Source: a virus. From it: DNA of 50,650 bases. Location: positions 1-50,650 of the IMG/VR virus record IMGVR_UViG_3300034682_000034, one strand, 5' to 3'. The translations under genes and the position numbers were made by a program. The notes under the pieces were generated by a model that was given only the letters and a program-made list of their open reading frames with translations, was not told where the DNA came from and ran no database searches. Positions 36,351 to 42,398 of this stretch are shown here, one piece after another. Within the stretch, counting starts at the first letter, position 1. Every line of letters begins with the position of its first letter.

Positions 36351-36437
36351 ATGCCGCCGGAGGCAATATATATATATATATATAATTATATAAATATATT
36401 TATATAAATATAATTATATTATGTATATACTATAATT
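36338..36437. promoter_or_regulatory. TA-rich element 2: 17-mer GGAGTATATACATATGC (36338-36354), about 65 bp of pure A/T, and TTATGTATATA (36417-36427)
   Basis: Same 17-mer and layout as 196-335. The minus-oriented ATGTATATA copy faces the ligase operon. Confidence 0.5.
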
Positions 36438-36617
36438 TATTACTTCTTGAGCTTCAGGAATTTATCCTTGGGCAGACGAGTTTGAACATAATACCCACCA
36501 ACCTTGGTGAAATATTGAGGATGCTTCAAACCTTGTTTCTTGATTTCAAAGAAACCATCACCCAAATCCACAATGGATTCAATTTGTTCAGGATTGCAGA
36601 TGTAAGACAGCTTGGAC
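36438..36617 (-). CDS. Hypothetical 59-aa protein (below the ORF-track cutoff)
   Basis: Hand translation gives MSKLSYICNPEQIESIVDLGDGFFEIKKQGLKHPQYFTKVGGYYVQTRLPKDKFLKLKK. Confidence 0.5.
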
Positions 36618-36695
36618 ATATTCAGCTTTCATTAAACAGTGCGACTTTGCACCAGTAAGCCCTCTCGCTAAAGAAGACTTACGGGAGATCGTCAA

Positions 36696-37052
36696 TTATT
36701 TCAATTGTTTGATCTTGATGAAATATTCAGGGTGATCACTGACCAAGGAACAAATCCTGTAGTCAGGGGTTACTCTAAACACCTTTCCTCGTGTAAAACC
36801 CCGGATTAGAACCTCCCTGCTAGTGTTCCATTGGCAAAGCCACACTTCCAGGCGTTCATGATCAGCTTTGGGCCACGGAGAGAATGATAGCTCTCGTGCG
36901 CTATATTGGCGCAAACCAACGCTAGGGAAGTGCACCAGGATGTTACGTTCGTTATCCTTAACATGGTTTTGGCAGTTCAGTTCTTTCACCACGCCTTCAC
37001 CGTAGAAGATGTGATGAACCGTGTCACCTACTTTAAATGGATGGTCCATCAC
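36696..37052 (-). CDS. Hypothetical protein, paralog family A (copy 1)
   Basis: HPFKVGDTV...GEGVVKE...ELSFSPWPKADHER is shared with 37544-37873. Confidence 0.6.
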   Translation of the reverse strand: MMDHPFKVGDTVHHIFYGEGVVKELNCQNHVKDNERNILVHFPSVGLRQYSARELSFSPWPKADHERLEVWLCQWNTSREVLIRGFTRGKVFRVTPDYRICSLVSDHPEYFIKIKQLK

Positions 37053-37471
37053 TTCACCTTCGGAGTGCAGTCGAAGAAACGAGGATCACACACAGGAGCT
37101 TGCTGTGTAGGAGCCTGTGGAGCTACTTGCTGCGGAGCTGGTTCATCAGGCTTGCTCAGAGCGTTGCCCAACATCACACCCGCTGTAGTGCCAATTGCAG
37201 AACCCGCAGCCGTACCTAAGATTGTGCTTCCAATACCAGGGCCAGACGATCCTTGATTGATGACACGGGTTTCACGAATCACCGTAGTGTTGTTCGTGGT
37301 ACGGTTCACCACACGAGGGGGAGGTGCAGAAGGCTTCACAGATGGGCGAGAGAAGGATGAACCACCACGAGGCTTCGCTTCAGCCGTGATGGGTTTGCAT
37401 GCCACAACACCAACCGAAGCGATGATAGCAGCCAGCATCAGAGAGTTGTTCCAACGATTCATCGAACGCAT
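37049..37471 (-). CDS. Lipoprotein with a glycine-zipper domain
   Basis: Signal peptide plus lipobox MRSMNRWNNSLMLAAIIASVGVVAC, and glycine zipper GIGSTILGTAAGSAIGTTAGVMLGNAL. The start is at Met17 with an AAGGA RBS. Confidence 0.65.
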   Translation of the reverse strand: MRSMNRWNNSLMLAAIIASVGVVACKPITAEAKPRGGSSFSRPSVKPSAPPPRVVNRTTNNTTVIRETRVINQGSSGPGIGSTILGTAAGSAIGTTAGVMLGNALSKPDEPAPQQVAPQAPTQQAPVCDPRFFDCTPKVK

Positions 37472-37543
37472 GATTTGTTCCTTGTTTAAATGCAACAGCG
37501 CATCAGTAAGAACACTCATCGAATGCTCTTACATGCTGGACTA

Positions 37544-37873
37544 TTATTTCCAGGAGTCTCCTAGGAATTTGTGGAAGGTGTACTGATCTGCTTGGTTACA
37601 ATAATCACCATCAACATCAACCGTAATGTCTCCCTTCTTCTTACGAATCATTGGATACGATTGGTTGACATGTGTCACTATCCACCAACCATCTTGAATA
37701 GGACGTTCGTGGTTGGCTTTAGGCCATGGTGTGAAAGAGATTTCATCACAAGCCACCCAAGCCTGATTCATCTTATCTGTTTCGATTTTACAAGAACTAG
37801 CTAGGTTATCTTTTACAACGCATTTGCCATAACGAACAGTGTATACAGTATCACCAACTTTGAACGGATTCAT
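37544..37873 (-). CDS. Hypothetical protein, paralog family A (copy 2)
   Basis: NPFKVGDTV...GKCVVKD...EISFTPWPKANHER. Confidence 0.6.
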   Translation of the reverse strand: MNPFKVGDTVYTVRYGKCVVKDNLASSCKIETDKMNQAWVACDEISFTPWPKANHERPIQDGWWIVTHVNQSYPMIRKKKGDITVDVDGDYCNQADQYTFHKFLGDSWK

Positions 37874-37952
37874 TTAAAGCCTCTATAAACGATTTTAGTA
37901 GCCACCCGCTACCTAGGTATTCCCAAGCCCTTAAAAGCCTCACAGAAGCCGT

Positions 37953-38117
37953 TTAAACGCCTTTACGGGTACGTTCATACACAACAACTGCATCAGAGGG
38001 AAGTTCCTGAGCACGTTCCAAATATTCCATTGCTGCTTCAAAGCTAACAAATTCTTTCTGAGTACGTGCAAAAACACCAAAACGATCTTTCCAAGTGATT
38101 GTGACTGTGTGTTTCAT
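37953..38117 (-). CDS. Hypothetical 54-aa protein
   Basis: The start is taken at Met38 (MKHTVTITWKDRFG...), which overlaps the upstream stop (ATGA). Confidence 0.45.
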   Translation of the reverse strand: MKHTVTITWKDRFGVFARTQKEFVSFEAAMEYLERAQELPSDAVVVYERTRKGV

Positions 38118-38338
38118 TTCAGTTCCGTAACTGATGCAAAGACATATCCAGCAACAACAGCAGACACTATCGCAATGCTGGGGAGGGCAAAAAGGAAGTG
38201 ACTGCTTGACCACTTGAATGTATCCCATACTAAACTAAAGCACAGATACATCCAAATGGTTGTCAAAATAGCTGCAATGCTAGTTGCAAGCATAGCCATC
38301 GCCCTCTGTGAATTCCACCTTAAAGTCCACACATTCAT
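38114..38338 (-). CDS. Small membrane protein
   Basis: Two hydrophobic segments (LATSIAAILTTIWMYLCF and LPSIAIVSAVVAGYVFA). A likelier start is Met16 (38293), which has a GAGGG RBS. Confidence 0.5.
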   Translation of the reverse strand: MNVWTLRWNSQRAMAMLATSIAAILTTIWMYLCFSLVWDTFKWSSSHFLFALPSIAIVSAVVAGYVFASVTELK

Positions 38339-38477
38339 GTGTCAATTTGGTGATCAGCAGAGCGAAGTCCCGATCAATCTCCATCTTACGCACAACAGAT
38401 TGCCCATTGCGATGATAGCTCACTGTGGCATAACGTGTGATGGTGCGATTCATACGCAGTTCAAATGTTGTTTGCAT
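38280..38477 (-). CDS. Hypothetical protein
   Basis: 65-aa ORF in the operon frame. Confidence 0.45.
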   Translation of the reverse strand: MQTTFELRMNRTITRYATVSYHRNGQSVVRKMEIDRDFALLITKLTHECVDFKVEFTEGDGYACN

Positions 38478-38700
38478 ATTTCCTCCAACGCTGATCTATT
38501 CCAGACCAGTAATCCTGTCCTTGAGATGACCCTATCCACACGAAAGATTGAGAAACACTCTTACATTTGGGGATAAAGTGGAGTTTCGAGCAAGCTACCT
38601 GTAGCAAGTTCTTCTCAATATCAGACCAATCTTCATCGTTAGCGAGACATTCAAAAAGGCTCTTGTAAAGAACCGTTTGTTTCAATTCTTCTAATGTCAT
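38461..38700 (-). CDS. Hypothetical protein, paralog family B (copy 2)
   Basis: The pattern EEL..T.LY..L...L.ND.D...I..N.LQV ... F.W..S.QG..YW is shared with 38703-38951. Confidence 0.55.
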   Translation of the reverse strand: MTLEELKQTVLYKSLFECLANDEDWSDIEKNLLQVACSKLHFIPKCKSVSQSFVWIGSSQGQDYWSGIDQRWRKYANNI

Positions 38701-38702
38701 GG

Positions 38703-38951
38703 CTATCGAACTCCAAGATACCGATGATGTACGTTACCCCAGTATTCTCTTCCTTGGGCTGTGCTACTCCAAATAAATGCTTCATCGACATTTGAGCTGT
38801 CTCCAGTATCTTCAAAGTTAAATTTTCTCCCTTTCCCGGAAGTGATAACCTGTAGATAATTAGCTACAATTTCATCAAAATCAATATCGTTACCAAGGGC
38901 TTTATACAGATTTTGGTAAAGCCTTGTTTTCTTGAACAGTTCTTCAGTCAT
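38703..38951 (-). CDS. Hypothetical protein, paralog family B (copy 1)
   Basis: The start is taken at Met35 (MTEELFKKTRLYQNLYKALGNDIDFDEI...). The longer ORF-track form nearly abuts the tRNA (its start at 39053 is 5 nt from the tRNA 3' end at 39059). Confidence 0.55.
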   Translation of the reverse strand: MTEELFKKTRLYQNLYKALGNDIDFDEIVANYLQVITSGKGRKFNFEDTGDSSNVDEAFIWSSTAQGREYWGNVHHRYLGVR

Positions 38952-39058
38952 CTTTGAAACCCCATGTGTTAATCCAACCCATGCCAATAGCGAAGAAATA
39001 CGCATAGACACAGAGAGCCAAAAGGAACAGGACGTATGGATGCATGATAGCATTAAAA

Positions 39059-39135
39059 TGGTACGCCGTACTGGAATCGAACCAGTGACCCACAGCTTAG
39101 AAGGCTGTTGCTCTATCCAACTGAGCTAACGGCGC
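39059..39135 (-). tRNA. trnR-UCU: tRNA-Arg (anticodon UCU), CCA encoded
   Basis: Hand-folded cloverleaf: GCGCCGT/ACGGCGT acceptor stem (G1-U72), D arm GCTC-AGTTGGATA-GAGC, anticodon arm ACAGC-CTTCTAA-GCTGT, T arm ACTGG-TTCGATT-CCAGT, then A-CCA. Confidence 0.9.
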
Positions 39136-39154
39136 AATGTTACGGAATACACAT

Positions 39155-39177
39155 AAAAACCCACTGTTTCCAATGGG
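39155..39177 (-). terminator. Possible intrinsic terminator upstream of the tRNA
   Basis: On the minus strand, CCCATTG-gaaa-CAGTGGG (one mismatch) is followed by TTTTT. Confidence 0.4.
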
Positions 39178-39289
39178 CTTATGATGAACACTCAATAACC
39201 ATCCATGTCACGTTCGAGGGAGCTTAGTCCCCACAAAGTTAATAGGGATAACCCTACGACAAGGAACAATGCAAAGATGGTTATATAAG

Positions 39290-39658
39290 TCATGCCATGA
39301 TGCCTTCACGTTGCAGCTTCTTGTAAGTGCTATGTGTCAGGTTGATGTTGTGACGAATGGGAGACACACCTACCCCGCGCTTGATGGCAGACATGATGTT
39401 ACCGGCGATTGCTTGGCCTTGTTCCGTGTAGGCTGTCTTTGCAATCGTGATATGTTCCATTGCAGCAGCGATGCTGGCATAAGCCACGGAAGATGCAACT
39501 TTCTTGCCTTGTTTACGCTTATCAGCGCGCGCTGTACCACGTTCCACCTTCATAACCTTTTCGTCCTGCTGATGCATACGTGCAATATGGCGTGCAGCCT
39601 TAACAGCCTTGTTAGCGGAAGTGCGGGCGATCTTGGCGGCGTTGACATTCTTAGACAT
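39290..39658 (-). CDS. Hypothetical basic early protein
   Basis: The start is taken at Met48 (MSKNVNAAKIARTSANKAVKAARH...), with a GGAG 7 nt upstream. Confidence 0.55.
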   Translation of the reverse strand: MSKNVNAAKIARTSANKAVKAARHIARMHQQDEKVMKVERGTARADKRKQGKKVASSVAYASIAAAMEHITIAKTAYTEQGQAIAGNIMSAIKRGVGVSPIRHNINLTHSTYKKLQREGIMA

Positions 39659-39699
39659 GGAAATTCTCCAGGTATACATGCGACATTGCATGAGAATGC

Positions 39700-39713
39700 A
39701 CACTGTTACCAAT
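39700..39713 (-). repeat. Early-region motif ACACTGTTACCAAT, copy 1 (41 nt upstream of the gene start at 39658)
   Basis: An identical 14-mer lies at 40840-40853, 44 nt upstream of the gene start at 40795. Confidence 0.6.
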
Positions 39714-39922
39714 ATGCATTCATCCTGCACAGTCAAAAAGACAAAGAGGATGGTTACATTAACGTCTGTCCATACGGGTGTTGCTGCAACCAGCTTCATA
39801 TTTACTGTACTGTAAAATCTTAATCTCTATTTGACTTAGTTAAGGTCGGTCTCGGATCATGACATATCCTTTCTTTTCTCTACTAACATCATGGCCGGCG
39901 TTGGCCCATTAGTAGGCGTCAT

Positions 39923-39977
39923 AAAAAAATTTTGAATAGCGCATTGTTACAGCGCAGCGATGATAGCTTGCGCTATT
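39923..39977 (-). terminator. Possible intrinsic terminator or attenuator with alternative pairings
   Basis: On the minus strand, AATAGCGC ... GCGCTATT is followed by CAAAA and T7. An internal AGCGC/GCGCT pair offers an alternative stem. Confidence 0.4.
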
Positions 39978-40110
39978 ACGCTGCTTTCTTACGCTTATTC
40001 TCCTTTCGATAAGCCGCAAACGCTGCCAGTCGCTGCTTTGCAAAAGCACGTAGGGCTTCGTTATGTTGCTTCATAGCGACACTAGATGTTTCAATCTTGG
40101 CAAAGTACAT
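39976..40110 (-). CDS. Possible 44-aa basic protein
   Basis: Hand translation gives MYFAKIETSSVAMKQHNEALRAFAKQRLAAFAAYRKENKRKKAA. An AAGGA lies 6 nt upstream. Confidence 0.35.
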   Translation of the reverse strand: MYFAKIETSSVAMKQHNEALRAFAKQRLAAFAAYRKENKRKKAA

Positions 40111-40183
40111 ACATCGTTCCTTTTAAACAGTGCAACATTGCACAGGTATGCACCCTTACACAAGATGCATACGCTTTGCACAG

Positions 40184-40795
40184 TTACAGCAGAGCAGGTT
40201 CAGCGGCCAAACCGTTGTTACCCACCATGCCAACGGCAGCTTGTGTCACAGCTTCTTCAGCTTTCAGCATTGCAGCCAGCACTTGCTGAATATCCTCGAA
40301 TGTCAGCACGCCACCTGTCAGCATTTCAAAGGCTTGAACCTTGTCCACGACACCAGCTTGGATGCCTTCAATCATGGCTTCACGGGCTTTAGTTGCACGC
40401 TTCGCCACATCTTCCAATGTGATGGCCTTCTCTTCCTTAGCCTTAGCTTGCACAGCCCACTGCCAGAAGTTCATGCCGGATTGCTTGAATGCATCAAACG
40501 CATCGTGTGCATGTTGGTATGGGTCAACCTTCACACCATCCTTGACATAGGCTTTGTGGCGCTTCGCCAGAATGCCCTCTTCCATCTTGTGCCCAGCATG
40601 GGCCTTAAAGAAAGAGCGAACTTTCTTTTGGTTCAAGGGTGTCAGAGCCAGCATGAATGCATTGGCGCTGTCCACTTCGTTGTGCTCATGAATGCGCTCG
40701 GTTACGGCAACAATCAGTTCGGCAATCAGCGACTTAGTTTGGCCCTCTGCAACACGCAGTTGACCGATCTTTTCATTGATGATTTTCAGTTCCAT
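40184..40795 (-). CDS. Hypothetical early protein
   Basis: 203-aa balanced-composition ORF. The antisense 262-aa ORF is Cys/His/Leu-rich shadow. Confidence 0.6.
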   Translation of the reverse strand: MELKIINEKIGQLRVAEGQTKSLIAELIVAVTERIHEHNEVDSANAFMLALTPLNQKKVRSFFKAHAGHKMEEGILAKRHKAYVKDGVKVDPYQHAHDAFDAFKQSGMNFWQWAVQAKAKEEKAITLEDVAKRATKAREAMIEGIQAGVVDKVQAFEMLTGGVLTFEDIQQVLAAMLKAEEAVTQAAVGMVGNNGLAAEPALL

Positions 40796-40839
40796 GATGA
40801 TCTCCTATTGAAACTATCGGGCAAAGGCGCCCCAATAGT

Positions 40840-40853
40840 ACACTGTTACCAAT
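40840..40853 (-). repeat. Early-region motif ACACTGTTACCAAT, copy 2
   Basis: See 39700-39713. Confidence 0.6.
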
Positions 40854-40872
40854 GCACTATTAGAAACCTTTA
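40852..40872 (-). repeat. 21-nt early-region repeat ATGCACTATTAGAAACCTTTA, copy 1
   Basis: 19/21 identical to 41019-41039 (ATGTACTATTGGAAACCTTTA). Confidence 0.6.
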
Positions 40873-40995
40873 TTTGTTCAATGCTCGGACAATAAGATCA
40901 GCGTGGTCACTTGTGTAGGCTTTAGCAATTACTATGCCAGCACTATCCACAATATACCATTGATCCTCTTTTTCAACCCATGTTTTTGTAAACAT
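40870..40995 (-). CDS. Possible 41-aa protein
   Basis: Hand translation gives MFTKTWVEKEDQWYIVDSAGIVIAKAYTSDHADLIVRALNK. A GGAGG lies 5 nt upstream of the ATG. Confidence 0.45.
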   Translation of the reverse strand: MFTKTWVEKEDQWYIVDSAGIVIAKAYTSDHADLIVRALNK

Positions 40996-41018
40996 GATAA
41001 CCTCCAGTTAATAAATGT

Positions 41019-41039
41019 ATGTACTATTGGAAACCTTTA
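41019..41039 (-). repeat. 21-nt early-region repeat, copy 2
   Basis: See 40852-40872. A partial third copy (ATAAGTGTATGTACT) lies at 41201-41215. Confidence 0.6.
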
Positions 41040-41046
41040 GACACGC

Positions 41047-41241
41047 TCAAAATCGAATCCGAATTCGATCATAATCAGCGCGCTTTGTCGGTTGTATGGC
41101 TCCCATTCGGAAAACCCTGATGGAGAACCACACTGCACATAACGAACCATCCATGTGCCGGTGTTTAGAATCAAACGTAATTGCATAATACCCCCAGTGA
41201 ATAAGTGTATGTACTCGATGTGAATACATAGATTTATTCAT
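41047..41241 (-). CDS. Hypothetical 64-aa protein, first ORF of the leftward block
   Basis: A GAGG lies 4 nt upstream of the ATG. The composition is unremarkable, and the ORF contains a partial copy of the early repeat. Confidence 0.4.
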   Translation of the reverse strand: MNKSMYSHRVHTLIHWGYYAITFDSKHRHMDGSLCAVWFSIRVFRMGAIQPTKRADYDRIRIRF

Positions 41242-41697
41242 TCAACCTCTAGCCTTGATGTAACCGGATAAGAAAGCATGATAGCTCCCCTACCCGTCGT
41301 GCATTTTCACTTTGGCATCATACAATTACACTGTAGTCCGTGGCCTACAGATTCATTATACGATGTTTCCCCATTGCTACTAATGTAGAACGCAAATACA
41401 CCAAGGCTAGATTGTGAATGAAATAATGCAGGCTATAGCATCATTACAGGGACCAATACGTTTTCAGGTTTTCACTTAGGTTTGCCCTACCACAGACATA
41501 CTATCTTAACCGCTGACAGTGTAGGGGTCAACGATGTAACCACGGTTACACCTCACCCTCCCTGCCACGGGATTATCTATGAATAGTTCTTAGCTTTGTT
41601 ACTAACTAGAACCCGTATCAGTTTTTAATGAGAGGCTACAGCAATAGGCACGATGACCCTCTGCATGAGGCAAGCATTGTTTGCTTGCTTGTCCCGT

Positions 41698-41725
41698 ATT
41701 ATGCCTGAATTGGTTTTGTTGTCAA
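41698..41725 (-). promoter_or_regulatory. Sigma70-like leftward promoter (TTGACA-16 nt-CATAAT)
   Basis: The reverse complement reads agtgcTTGACAacaaaaccaattcaggCATAATacg. Confidence 0.45.
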
Positions 41726-41887
41726 GCACTATTTACAGTGCCTTGCGTGTCGCCACTTCTAAGCTCCGTCCTAATAGATGGATGAAAAGCTCTTACTGCC
41801 CGCGATTTATGAGGGACTACCTCACACACATAAGACTAACCAATTCAGACTTTTAAAGAACAAGCAAGATTGCTTGCGATGGTGTGT

Positions 41888-41917
41888 ATTCTACAGAGCT
41901 TTTAAAGCCCTTGTCAA
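41888..41917 (-). promoter_or_regulatory. Sigma70-like leftward promoter (TTGACA-18 nt-TAGAAT)
   Basis: The reverse complement reads gtgTTGACAagggctttaaaagctctgTAGAATacac. Confidence 0.4.
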
Positions 41918-42110
41918 CACCGTGGTTTCTTTCAAACCTTGCATGCGTTAGTACCGCATGACACTGTGGAATTACACTCTACGACTAAGGGCCACAAACC
42001 CTAATCACTCTGCACTGCTGCACCTAAGTGCTTATTGGCTGGCGATGTGATTAATGTAATGGGTAAATCCTTGAATCCAATGTAGTAGAAACCCTAGTAC
42101 GTAAACATAC

Positions 42111-42165
42111 GTATGCACAGGCTCCAACCGCATTTCATGCGATAGCTATTGAGCTTGTATGCACA
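42111..42165 (+). promoter_or_regulatory. Two outlying DnaA-box-like 9-mers GTATGCACA (42111-42119 and 42157-42165)
   Basis: Each matches TTATNCACA at 8/9 positions. The second lies inside the hairpin CTTGT-atgc-ACAAG. Confidence 0.4.
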
Positions 42166-42355
42166 AGCCCTGTTTTATTAATAAGCGCGCCCCTGCGGGC
42201 GCATTAGTAATACACCACAAACCCTATATAAATCAATAGCTTATGCGCGAAGGGTAAGCAGGTTTCTATATAGATGGCTAGCAGGGTTGGTATGAAACTG
42301 GTGGTGGTTGGTTATTGATCCCCCATTATCAATAGCCCTAATCTATCAATACACC

Positions 42356-42398
42356 TTATCCACAGGCTATCCACACAGATATACACAGGATATGCACA
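42356..42398 (+). promoter_or_regulatory. Array of four head-to-tail DnaA boxes
   Basis: TTATCCACA (42356, 9/9), CTATCCACA (42367), ATATACACA (42379) and ATATGCACA (42390). All lie on the same strand with 11-12 bp phasing. Confidence 0.65.

Noticed and set aside
38932-39129. 65-aa plus-strand ORF
   Set aside because: It overlaps the antisense of a well-folded tRNA-Arg gene (39059-39135) and the 5' end of a minus-strand gene. I treat it as spurious.
39059-39135. The idea that the phage tRNA is a suppressor explaining the in-frame TAA at 24463-24465
   Set aside because: The anticodon loop reads CT-TCT-AA, so the anticodon is UCU (Arg, AGA/AGG), not UUA. TAA is also used as an ordinary stop throughout the genome.
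41653-41856. 67-aa plus-strand ORF, the only ORF of 60 aa or more in the 1.3-kb intergenic region
   Set aside because: It has no Shine-Dalgarno sequence and a Cys/Leu/Arg-rich composition. It spans one predicted leftward promoter (41698-41725) and ends before the other (41888-41917), and it spans hairpins. It is most likely fortuitous.
42187-42202. The GC hairpin GCGCCC-ctgc-GGGCGC as an intrinsic terminator
   Set aside because: Neither strand has a U-run directly after the stem; the flanks are attagtaa on one side and gcttattaataaaa on the other. I kept it only as a structural element of the non-coding region.
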